Below, in pieces: positions 26,359 through 34,666 of a stretch of 38,586 nucleotides of DNA. The stretch comes from a virus (Duplodnaviria > Caudoviricetes). Both the position numbers and the translations under genes were made by a program. Under the pieces are notes generated by a model that had not been told where the DNA came from, made no database searches, and worked only from the letters and a program-made list of their open reading frames with translations. Every line of letters begins with the position of its first letter. Position 1 is the stretch's first letter. Location: positions 1 through 38,586 of IMG/VR virus record IMGVR_UViG_3300030330_002763. One strand, 5' to 3'.

Positions 26359-27270
26359 TTATTTATTTTGTTCAAAAAGTCTGTCTCCAAACTCTTTCAT
26401 CACAAAACTCCTTAAATCTGCTGGCTTAATGGATGCTGGAGTAGGTTCATTTGTACCACCGGCCATCCGACCATCAGATTCTGGAATTGATTTAAGTTTC
26501 TCTGCCTCTTTGAAAGCAGAATGAGCCTTACTTATAGCTGACGTTTCAGCAGCATCATATAGAGCTATCTTATATGCATCTTCTAAGTTTTCCATACCTT
26601 TCTCTACGGCCAAGGATAAAATCTCATCCATACTATCTTCATCAATAGATGGATATTTTTTTACTAACTGTGCCATTTCTAGGTCTAGTTCCTTTTCAGC
26701 TTGCAAATCTTGTATCTGCTCTTGTAGCTCCTCGATAGCAGAATTTGAATTGTATTCATTTTGTTCTGCTGGTATCTCGGTGTTCTGAACTGTACTATTA
26801 GTTTGGGTTTCCGTAGAAACGCTAAACAAAGGATGGTCATCACCAAGGAAGTCTTTCAGAGTACTCATTAGCTTTTCGTCTTGTTGTATCGTCTTTATCT
26901 TTTCAAGTTCATTATCTAGGCTTTTACGATGTTCTGCGAATTGCTGGTCTCGTTCTGTAAATGATTTTTGCCATTTTTCCTTATTGTGATGGTCGTCTAG
27001 AGCTGCAAGAATTTCCTCTTCTGAGTATTCTTTTTCTCCAAACTTATACCCTTGTTGTTGTTCCTCTTTGGTTTGCACTTGAGTGTCGGTGTTCTCCGAA
27101 CCGGTATTCTCCGTTGCCACGCTTTGAGATGAGGCATCATTCATTGCCGGAGCCATCTCTAAATCTTCTCCCTTTACTTCTTTAAAACTATCAGCCGGTT
27201 GAAATCCTTGCCTTAATAAAGCCTCTTTATCTTCTGTGCTGATACTGGTTGCTATATTTGTGTTTTCCAT
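26359..27270 (-). CDS. Capsid scaffolding protein
   Basis: Acidic, coiled-coil, immediately upstream of the capsid gene. Confidence 0.8.
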   Translation of the reverse strand: MENTNIATSISTEDKEALLRQGFQPADSFKEVKGEDLEMAPAMNDASSQSVATENTGSENTDTQVQTKEEQQQGYKFGEKEYSEEEILAALDDHHNKEKWQKSFTERDQQFAEHRKSLDNELEKIKTIQQDEKLMSTLKDFLGDDHPLFSVSTETQTNSTVQNTEIPAEQNEYNSNSAIEELQEQIQDLQAEKELDLEMAQLVKKYPSIDEDSMDEILSLAVEKGMENLEDAYKIALYDAAETSAISKAHSAFKEAEKLKSIPESDGRMAGGTNEPTPASIKPADLRSFVMKEFGDRLFEQNK

Positions 27271-27273
27271 ACT

Positions 27274-27570
27274 TTATGCCTTTGCTATTTTTTTATCTGG
27301 TTTCTTTTCTACGATTTCTAACGGTTTCTTTTCTGGTAAAACTATAACACCTTTTATGGAGCTATCAGTATCCAGAGTAACCGTTTCAGCTTTTAACTGT
27401 GGAGCAATCCTATCCATTAGAAGTTTCCAAGCATTTGTTTGCCTATCATCTGTATCATCCAGAGCAGCAAAAAATATCTTGTCCAGAACTTCTGGAACTT
27501 TAGGATGTTTTCTAATTGCATCACCCCAACCCGTTTTAGGTCTTCCACCTTTGTTAATTGACTTCTTCAC
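27274..27570 (-). CDS. Terminase small subunit-like protein (displaced)
   Basis: GGRPK N-terminus, helical AWKLLMDR, and C-terminal GVIVLPEK strand typical of podovirus TerS; no other TerS candidate seen. Confidence 0.5.
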   Translation of the reverse strand: MKKSINKGGRPKTGWGDAIRKHPKVPEVLDKIFFAALDDTDDRQTNAWKLLMDRIAPQLKAETVTLDTDSSIKGVIVLPEKKPLEIVEKKPDKKIAKA

Positions 27571-29338
27571 CTAATTGTCCTTGCATTGCTTGTGCTAGTT
27601 CCGGGTTCTGTTGTAACGATTCAAAAATACTTTGTGGGTTATCACCCATATCAGCCATACCTTGTTGCTGCTGCATAGCTTGAGCTTGGGCCTCTTTTTG
27701 CTCTTTTAGTTTTCTTAACAGACGTTCCTTGCCGGGAAGTTCCATATGTTCTAAAATGTACTCTTGGTCTGTTAACATACCCATCTGAGCTAATTGTAAA
27801 ATCTTATTTTCTAGGAATTGTCTATTCTCTGGTAACATACTTCCAGCTTTGGCCCGTACTGCCATTTTCCTATCTTTAAATGCAGAGCCTATAACATCTC
27901 TCATTTCTGAAACACCGTCCGGGTCTGTTACAGATACCCAATGTATCTTAGTTCCTAGATTTAAAAACATCATAAGCCACATCTGTCCAAGAGTTTGCAT
28001 ACCTTGGTCTACAACTCTAGATTTAAATTCTATCTTTGTAGATGCTGCTTGTTTCATAATCTGAGCTTGTACACCAGAAGTAACATTAGTATCAGCTCTA
28101 CCTTGCGAGCTAGGATTAATACCAGATACAATCTCAAAGGCATCCATCATCTGTTGATAAAAATTGAAAACATATCCGGGTACTGAACCGGGGGATTGCA
28201 TCGTTACTTGACCCGGCCCTTTTTTACGAATGATACTTCCGGGCCTATTTGTTATCTGGTCTGTAACTTGAGAGGTCTCATCTACTACCCACATTGGATT
28301 AGCAGTAAGTGAAATAGAATCTAATACTTGACTGGTAATTTTATCCATTGCAAGGTTAATACTTTTTAATCTTTTAGGTTCTGGCTTACCCCAGAAAGAA
28401 TGAGCTGAACCGTTGTTTTTTAGATGTACAAATGGGAAGGGATGAGGAATCCCATTATCACGATTAAAAAAAGGATATTTATAATCTCCATCATATAGCA
28501 ATACGTTGTTAGCAATAGTGGTCATCCTCATCTTGTTGGGAGCCTTGGGGTCTCTCATAAAACATTCAATAAGTAATGCTCTAGGTTCTAATTCTTTATA
28601 TGCATCATTGTTGTCATCTACAACAAAATGACCCCCGGTATTACTTTTTAATTTTGCTTTTCTATCTTGTGAGCTGGCATTAGGGTCTTGATATGTTTTT
28701 AGGGCCTCAAATTCTTCTAAATTACCCTCTGGAGCTACGAATTTACCGTTTTCATACATCTCTCTAATCTTATACAAGGGTGTTGGAGCTGCATATATAA
28801 CATATTCTGCATTTTCTAGCTTAGTTGCACTAGGGTTTACATAGAATGCATAAGGGTCTACAACGTCACAATCCGGCATATCATCCTCATTTCTGAAGTG
28901 TACTTTGACTATACCAGTACCATATACTAGAAAATCAAGTAACCATTCGGGCATTACGCTTGTCATATCCCTTACAGTCCATAATTCATCCATAACACCT
29001 TGCATTGTTTCAGCAATTAGCCTATCCTCTTCACTTTCACCGTAAGCAATTACGTCAATTTTTGGAGGTCGGGTAGACAAAATTGGAACCATAGTATCTA
29101 TTGCACTAGCAATTAGGTCTAACGTGAGCTGATTTTTGTAGTTAGGCATATTAAAACCAGACCAATGCTGACCACCATACAGTTCTTCAGCCTCTCGCCA
29201 GAGCTTTAATGCTGGTTCTTTAGACTTTCGAGCTAAATGGAATCTATGTTTTGCAGCTTTTATTACCTTAGATGTCTCTTCATCTGGAGAATACTGAGGT
29301 AAGTTCCCAGCCTCGGGGGTTTTGTAGATTTCATCCAC
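27554..29338 (-). CDS. Portal protein (P22-like)
   Basis: 594 aa; YGGQHW, LVYGTG, VDPY.FYV.P, FWG, ANP, PG.II, SG motifs and Q-rich C-terminus. Confidence 0.9.
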   Translation of the reverse strand: MDEIYKTPEAGNLPQYSPDEETSKVIKAAKHRFHLARKSKEPALKLWREAEELYGGQHWSGFNMPNYKNQLTLDLIASAIDTMVPILSTRPPKIDVIAYGESEEDRLIAETMQGVMDELWTVRDMTSVMPEWLLDFLVYGTGIVKVHFRNEDDMPDCDVVDPYAFYVNPSATKLENAEYVIYAAPTPLYKIREMYENGKFVAPEGNLEEFEALKTYQDPNASSQDRKAKLKSNTGGHFVVDDNNDAYKELEPRALLIECFMRDPKAPNKMRMTTIANNVLLYDGDYKYPFFNRDNGIPHPFPFVHLKNNGSAHSFWGKPEPKRLKSINLAMDKITSQVLDSISLTANPMWVVDETSQVTDQITNRPGSIIRKKGPGQVTMQSPGSVPGYVFNFYQQMMDAFEIVSGINPSSQGRADTNVTSGVQAQIMKQAASTKIEFKSRVVDQGMQTLGQMWLMMFLNLGTKIHWVSVTDPDGVSEMRDVIGSAFKDRKMAVRAKAGSMLPENRQFLENKILQLAQMGMLTDQEYILEHMELPGKERLLRKLKEQKEAQAQAMQQQQGMADMGDNPQSIFESLQQNPELAQAMQGQLGEEVN

Positions 29339-29448
29339 TAGTATCCACCACCACCTTTGCCTTTATTTGGTGAAAATCCTTTGCTAATCTTCTTTTTCAT
29401 AGCTTTCATTTTGGATTTCTTCTTTTTTTTCTTTTTCATCCCGTACAT
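29338..29448 (-). CDS. Lys-rich mini-protein (36 aa)
   Basis: Manual translation MYGMKKKKKKKSKMKAMKKKISKGFSPNKGKGGGGY; TAATG and TAGTG coupling at the two ends. Confidence 0.7.
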   Translation of the reverse strand: MYGMKKKKKKKSKMKAMKKKISKGFSPNKGKGGGGY

Positions 29449-29570
29449 TATTTTTTACCCATCTTTTTTTTCATTGCTTTCATCTTAGACTTTTTCTTTT
29501 TCTTCATCTTAGATGCTAAAATTTTTTCTTGTAAAAACTTGGGGAGCGTTTTTTGTTCACTTGTTAACAT
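29448..29570 (-). CDS. Lys-rich mini-protein (40 aa)
   Basis: Manual translation MLTSEQKTLPKFLQEKILASKMKKKKKSKMKAMKKKMGKK; overlaps both neighbours. Confidence 0.7.
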   Translation of the reverse strand: MLTSEQKTLPKFLQEKILASKMKKKKKSKMKAMKKKMGKK

Positions 29571-29760
29571 TGAGTTCTACCTTTTGTTTTTCTATTTCAG
29601 CTAATACATCTTGAATAGCTATATCTAAGTCGTATCTCCAGATATCCTTGTTTTCAATTTGTGTATCACCTATTACAATTTCAATCTTTATCCACTTTTG
29701 GTCAACGGTATCATACCAACTGACTTGAAGTATATCATTAGGCCCTAATTGTAAGCTCAT
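29557..29760 (-). CDS. Hypothetical protein
   Basis: Overlap-coupled ORF downstream of TerL. Confidence 0.6.
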   Translation of the reverse strand: MSLQLGPNDILQVSWYDTVDQKWIKIEIVIGDTQIENKDIWRYDLDIAIQDVLAEIEKQKVELNVNK

Positions 29761-31132
29761 TTACGTCACTTAGCTTGTCTAGTTTTTCTAGCTCCCTTAT
29801 AACCCAAGGCTTTGCTGGCATTGGTTTATCGGGTCGGCCAATGTGAAAAAGTGTATATCTAGTTAAATCTGCAAGGTGGTCTTCTTGTTTTGTATCTAAG
29901 TCCTCAACTTTAAATTTATCGTGGCTCAATCCGGGTATAGTTCTAATCCAGTTTTCACAGTTTTCAAATATGAATAGCTTTGGAGCCTTAGTGAGTTTCT
30001 TTTTATTTATATCACCCTCCCAATGCAAATATGACCTCATATTGTTCCAGCCGTTTATTCGGTCGTTGTTTGCTTTGACAATCGGAATACCTTTCATTAG
30101 CATAATGTCGGCAATGGAAAGCATACTAGGAAGTTTTTCATCTGTACGGTTTGAGTTTTGTGGGTTTCTAATCCACATAGCTGGGTCACCAATAGTTAGA
30201 TAGATATCCTCATCACCGGTAAGCTCGATTATTTTTCTGATGTGATAATCCAGTACTTGACCAGCCTCATAATGCTCACGATACATAAAGACATCTCCAT
30301 CGTGATTGACTGCAAACCATCCACATCCAAAGTAACTAGTGTATCCATAATCAATTCCTCTATATCTTCTCCAACCATCTGGGATTTTAAAAGGCTCAAT
30401 AACGTGAATATCTCTATTAAATTCTTTAAAGTATTGCCCAGCAAAAGTATCCCAAGAACCATCTAACCAAGCACTTTTTAATTCATCTGGTAAAGACTCT
30501 AGCATATCTAAATATCCGGGGTCTACTTCCATAAGAGTAGGGTTATCATATATACGGCTAGGAATAAATATGCGAGAATTGTTTTTATCATCTATATAAG
30601 TTTTATTGTAAGCTGGGTCTACGAATCGTTCCTTAACCCAATGATGACCCGGGCCACCGGGATTAGTAGTACAGAATACTTGTACTTTAAGTTCTGGTAC
30701 TGTCGTTCGAGCCGAAGAAATAAGCCTTAAATACTTTTCTTCAGTATCAAGAAGTGTAAGCTCCTCAATCCCGATTTTTTGGTATTCGTGTCCTAGGAAT
30801 GCTGACCAAGAGTTTTCATCAGAAAGGTGACCCGTTCTTATTTTAGCTCCACTAGGAAATCTAAATTCTGCTGGATTACCAACAACCTTAACATCAAGAT
30901 ATCGCCACATATGTCTAGCATTATCAATCCAATCTCTTAAATCTGTATAGTTTCTTCTAATAACGAGGCCCCGATAAAGAGGATTTTCAATATAAGATGG
31001 CTCAACCATCCAAGCAGTCATAGCAGTAGATTTGCCCCCTCCTCTACTACCACCAAATAAGATTTCTTTCTCAGACCTTTGTAATACTCTTGTCTGTGGC
31101 CCATCGTGTGGTTTAAATACAACATTCTGCAT
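29738..31132 (-). CDS. terL: Terminase large subunit
   Basis: PHDGPQ, GGSRGGGKS (Walker A), IGIEE (Walker B), TTNPGG, GIDYG, and EDH..D nuclease motifs. Confidence 0.95.
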   Translation of the reverse strand: MQNVVFKPHDGPQTRVLQRSEKEILFGGSRGGGKSTAMTAWMVEPSYIENPLYRGLVIRRNYTDLRDWIDNARHMWRYLDVKVVGNPAEFRFPSGAKIRTGHLSDENSWSAFLGHEYQKIGIEELTLLDTEEKYLRLISSARTTVPELKVQVFCTTNPGGPGHHWVKERFVDPAYNKTYIDDKNNSRIFIPSRIYDNPTLMEVDPGYLDMLESLPDELKSAWLDGSWDTFAGQYFKEFNRDIHVIEPFKIPDGWRRYRGIDYGYTSYFGCGWFAVNHDGDVFMYREHYEAGQVLDYHIRKIIELTGDEDIYLTIGDPAMWIRNPQNSNRTDEKLPSMLSIADIMLMKGIPIVKANNDRINGWNNMRSYLHWEGDINKKKLTKAPKLFIFENCENWIRTIPGLSHDKFKVEDLDTKQEDHLADLTRYTLFHIGRPDKPMPAKPWVIRELEKLDKLSDVNELTIRA

Positions 31133-31139
31133 TAACAGT

Positions 31140-31148
31140 ATTGTAACA
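31140..31148 (-). promoter_or_regulatory. Extended -10 element (TGnTACAAT) 7 nt upstream of the terL ATG
   Basis: Minus strand TGTTACAAT-ACTGTTA-ATG; no SD-like purine run before the ATG. Confidence 0.5.
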
Positions 31149-31295
31149 CAAAGTCCAATACTAAGTAAGCTAAAAGTACGGTTAAAACTCAGAGCGTGAA
31201 AAGTGTATGTGCAGACTTGCAGTCTGTCACCTTGCCTCGGGGGGTGACCTTTGCTCCTTATAATTTGCGAGCAAGTGAGGCTGATTGACTGAGTT

Positions 31296-31314
31296 ACGTC
31301 ACATTCACGTCACA
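31296..31314 (-). repeat. Third TGTGACGT direct-repeat pair (11-bp period)
   Basis: ACGTCACA at 31296 and 31307, the reverse complement of the pairs at 3010 and 3198. Confidence 0.6.
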
Positions 31315-31503
31315 TTATGCGAGCCTACCGAGAGGGATACGCTACTTTTAATGTGCAGCCTACCTCGAATGGCAACCAATTCCAGAAAAGTACGGCACAA
31401 ACCGTGCCTAGTTGACCTAACATTTGACCCGTGTTGCATCGACTGTAAGTCTCTATTTACCGAGGAGGACGGCCCAATCTTATACTATTACATATATATT
31501 TAT

Positions 31504-31532
31504 TTGCATTTGTTACATTTGTAACATAAGTT
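31504..31532 (+). promoter_or_regulatory. Early promoter with palindromic operator in the spacer
   Basis: TTGCAT, 17-nt spacer, TAAGTT; the spacer contains the perfect inverted repeat TGTTACA-TT-TGTAACA (31511-31526). Confidence 0.65.
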
Positions 31533-31538
31533 CTAGTG

Positions 31539-31966
31539 TTGTTTGACAATTCGATTGATTAGTTTGAGGGCCTACGGCACTAGATTCATACTCGTAATAC
31601 TCACGGTATCCAGTCCGGAATCAACAGACCTAAATTACCCCAGACCAGTCATAGCCAGAATAATCGTAGGCACAGAAATACTTCTACCAGATATATATGA
31701 ACCAAAAACGGTTTAGCATAGCAATACAGTAGAATTTGCAACCCTTACCAAGCGTATGACTATAGGTACAAAAGTACTTATCAAGATAGAATCCGACAGT
31801 AACCAGATAACCATAGCAACTAGAAGTAACGTACAGATTCAGATTATTCGCATTATCTTTCTTTCTTTGTCGCCTCGCTACCGGGCGAATATTATCTGGA
31901 TGTACTTGATTTTAGTCTCCAGATAAAATACGGTAGCAAAGATTTCATAAAAAAAAGGATAATACA
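31539..31966 (+). ncRNA. Long structured 5' leader or ncRNA candidate
   Basis: About 430 nt with no ORF of 60 aa or more; stems GCCTACG/CGTAGGC, GATTC/GAATC, TTCTAC/GTAGAA, GCTACCG/CGGTAGC, TTATCTGGA/TCCAGATAA; possible pseudoknot AGTCATA/TATGACT. Confidence 0.5.
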
Positions 31967-32149
31967 ATGCAATATCATACATTACTAGTTTACTACAACA
32001 ATCAATGGTTTATTGAGTTTGGAGATTACGATTACAAAACAGTAGTCGAGGAACGTCAATGCAGTTATGCAGATGAGAGATGTAAAATCATCACGACAAC
32101 AGACGACCAAGCCAGTATTGATAAAGCAGTAGCTAACCTAAACAAGTAA
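31967..32149 (+). CDS. Early hypothetical protein
   Basis: AAAGGATAAT box before the ATG; WFIEFGDYD motif. Confidence 0.8.
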   Translation: MQYHTLLVYYNNQWFIEFGDYDYKTVVEERQCSYADERCKIITTTDDQASIDKAVANLNK

Positions 32150-32208
32150 CCAAGTCCCTCCTATATATGGAGGGCAAGATTTTTTTAATAAAAGAAAGGA
32201 TAATACAA

Positions 32209-32610
32209 ATGAAATACCTATCAGATTACACTAAAGATGCAATCTCAAAAGTACTAAAGGACAACGGTGCATTCTTCGCATTTAGTAACAAGCAATTTGA
32301 CGAACAAAAACAACCGGGTGTCAAGTATGCTGGTTTAGTTGGTGGCCTTGTTTGCCCAGTAGACAATAAACAAACAGTCCTAGATGAAGTAGAACGGGTT
32401 AACACCGAAGGTATCAAGCAAGATGTTGCAGACCATACAGTCCGACAGATTTGTTGGAGAGAATTCGCCAATCACGAAATACAATTTACTGGCGATTTGC
32501 AACCTATATATGATACCTTGTTACTGTACCCAATTGGCAAAGAAGAGATTGACAGACAATACGACAAGTACTATGCACATTGCATAAAACACTCTGACAG
32601 ATACTTTTAG
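32209..32610 (+). CDS. Early hypothetical protein
   Basis: Start moved to ATG 32209 after the repeat RBS box; MKYLSDY...GAFFAFSNKQF motif. Confidence 0.85.
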   Translation: MKYLSDYTKDAISKVLKDNGAFFAFSNKQFDEQKQPGVKYAGLVGGLVCPVDNKQTVLDEVERVNTEGIKQDVADHTVRQICWREFANHEIQFTGDLQPIYDTLLLYPIGKEEIDRQYDKYYAHCIKHSDRYF

Positions 32611-32686
32611 AGTACGTCACATAAGTCCTCTCCCAATCGCATCCCGGGAGAGGCAAGATTTCTATAATAAAAGAAAGGATAATAAG

Positions 32687-33112
32687 ATGAAAACAGTAAC
32701 AATCATCTATGAGGGTAGACGGCATAACAATGCAGTCTGGTTTCATTTCGATAGACAAAAAAACCAAATGACTGGTGAGGCACTTTGGTTCAAACCAAAC
32801 AAGCTAACTACAAGGTTTCCTCCCGGTATGATTATTGACATTGAACACGATGACAAAAATCGCAACTGGAGATTTGCAGATGCAAAATGGGGCGAAATAT
32901 GGGACAACGAAGAAGTTGTTAACCAGATGGTTTTATCTGACCAAATGGAAAAGCAGAAACTATCTGTAAAGCGTACTGAGAATAAGCTAAAAAAGCAGCT
33001 TGGTGAAAACTGGCAAGAGCTTACCATCAAACAGTTTAGAGACCAGTATATATTTATGACTGGTGTAGATAAACAAAATGCACTAGCTTTATTACTGAAG
33101 TCCTTAACGTAA
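32687..33112 (+). CDS. Early hypothetical protein
   Basis: Bounded by repeat elements; repeat RBS box precedes the ATG. Confidence 0.85.
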   Translation: MKTVTIIYEGRRHNNAVWFHFDRQKNQMTGEALWFKPNKLTTRFPPGMIIDIEHDDKNRNWRFADAKWGEIWDNEEVVNQMVLSDQMEKQKLSVKRTENKLKKQLGENWQELTIKQFRDQYIFMTGVDKQNALALLLKSLT

Positions 33113-33169
33113 ATAAGTCCCCCCTTTATAGGGGGGCAAGATTTCTATAATAAAAGAAAGGATAATAAA

Positions 33170-33496
33170 ATGAAGAAACGACTCGGAGCAAATCCAGTAA
33201 AGGTCTTGTTTGAGAACCGTTGGTTTCAAGTAGTTCTATTTGATAACAACTCTCTGGTTGTTAAAAATGGAATGCTTAATTATCAAGTATGTATTCAACT
33301 TGATGATACACCAAAAGAGTTTGAGGATAGACGTAAACGTGGACATATAAACATATCTAACTTCACAACCAATTATGGTAGAAGTCTATTAGATTTATAT
33401 GTAAACGGTAACCATTACGAACCTCAAAACGAACAAAATCATATGCCTTTAGTTATAAAGGACGATGAGAGAGTTGCAACAGAAAATTATCTGTAA
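33170..33496 (+). CDS. Early hypothetical protein
   Basis: Bounded by repeat elements. Confidence 0.85.
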   Translation: MKKRLGANPVKVLFENRWFQVVLFDNNSLVVKNGMLNYQVCIQLDDTPKEFEDRRKRGHINISNFTTNYGRSLLDLYVNGNHYEPQNEQNHMPLVIKDDERVATENYL

Positions 33497-33556
33497 CCTA
33501 AAGTCCCGGTCTATATGGCCGGGCAAAGTTTCTATAAAAAAAGAAAGGATAATAAA

Positions 33557-33946
33557 ATGCAAAATCATACAATAAATGTACCGGTTACATTGTTACCACA
33601 AACAGTAAATGATATAATCATTACTGCCATTGAGGGTGGTATTAATTACTGGTGCGAAACCGTATTAGGTGATAACCTAGAAGTTGGTAACGGTGCAGTA
33701 ATTAAGATTATTGAGGATGGTGGTACTTGGTCATCAGCAGATGACGTAACCCATAAACTAGACCTAGACAAATTTCGTTTGGGGATGTTGAGATGGGTAC
33801 AAAAAAACCCCGATTATGGATGTGTAACAATGGCCAGAGACTCTAAGGGTAAACTCGTCCTTAGTTTTGATGCCGGAATGATTGATGCCGGAATGGCTGA
33901 TTGCATCATTCAGTATGCACTTTTTACCAAGCTGAAATATGCATAA
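33557..33946 (+). CDS. Early hypothetical protein
   Basis: Start moved to ATG 33557; TAIEGGINYW...DA..AD.IIQYALF motif seen in phage early proteins. Confidence 0.85.
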   Translation: MQNHTINVPVTLLPQTVNDIIITAIEGGINYWCETVLGDNLEVGNGAVIKIIEDGGTWSSADDVTHKLDLDKFRLGMLRWVQKNPDYGCVTMARDSKGKLVLSFDAGMIDAGMADCIIQYALFTKLKYA

Positions 33947-34003
33947 CCAAATCCCCCCTTTATAGGGGGGTAAGATTTCTATAACAAAAGAAAGGATAAT
34001 AGA

Positions 34004-34357
34004 ATGCATTACGTTGAAGTAACTGTTGCTAACCAAGATGAAAATATAATCATCAATGAGGCTATAGAGGACGTTTTAGAAAGTTGTCACTATGAGGCCC
34101 AATACAGTTGGGAGCAACCAGACAAACCTAGTGAACCTCATAAAACCGTACTTGCTTTTCATCTAAGGAGGCACGTTGACGATTTCCTATCTGGTTTACA
34201 AAACGCTGAAGAGGATGGAGATATTGATTTTCCATTTAATGCCCAGTCATTCCAGAACTACGATGAGTATGCTGAATACAAGGGTTGGAATGAGGAGCCA
34301 GATGATGAGGATGCAGATGCACAATGGTTAGAAAATGCCTATGGCCCTAATGACTAA
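34004..34357 (+). CDS. Highly acidic early protein (possible DNA mimic)
   Basis: About 30 D/E versus 5 K/R in 117 aa by manual count. Confidence 0.8.
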   Translation: MHYVEVTVANQDENIIINEAIEDVLESCHYEAQYSWEQPDKPSEPHKTVLAFHLRRHVDDFLSGLQNAEEDGDIDFPFNAQSFQNYDEYAEYKGWNEEPDDEDADAQWLENAYGPND

Positions 34358-34459
34358 CACACCGTAACGGGACGGTTCGTTTCCCGTTGTAAGTCCCCCG
34401 TGTCAATCCCGGGCCGGTATCGGGGGCAAGACTTTACTAACTAAAGAAAGGATAAACAG

Positions 34460-34666
34460 ATGGACATACATCTACTACTGGTTGATGGCAGCAATATATC
34501 ATTGCTCTACACCAAAACACAAAAAGCAATAGACTGGATTGAGTCAAACCTAGGTAACGATTACTTGGTGTTTGCAAAAGGAATAGTTATAGAATCACAT
34601 TTAACAGATTCTGTACTACAAGGATTAAAAGCATCTAGTCTTTCCTATCTTATACAGAGGTCTTAG
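34460..34666 (+). CDS. Early hypothetical protein
   Basis: Bounded by repeat elements. Confidence 0.8.
   Translation: MDIHLLLVDGSNISLLYTKTQKAIDWIESNLGNDYLVFAKGIVIESHLTDSVLQGLKASSLSYLIQRS

Noticed and set aside
3811-30466. Numerous plus-strand ORFs in the track opposite structural genes
   Set aside because: Antisense shadows of long minus-strand genes, without RBS or recognisable motifs.
31285-31524. 79-aa plus-strand ORF in the divergent control region
   Set aside because: TTG start without RBS, overlaps repeats and the early promoter, and has no protein-like features.
31516-31545. dif-like XerC/D site (TAACATAA)
   Set aside because: Only a partial XerD half-site with no XerC arm; better explained as promoter plus operator.
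34366-34388. tRNA fragment or tRNA-type attP core (GGTTCG in a hairpin)
   Set aside because: Only an AACGGGA/TCCCGTT hairpin; no proper T-arm geometry, acceptor stem or CCA.
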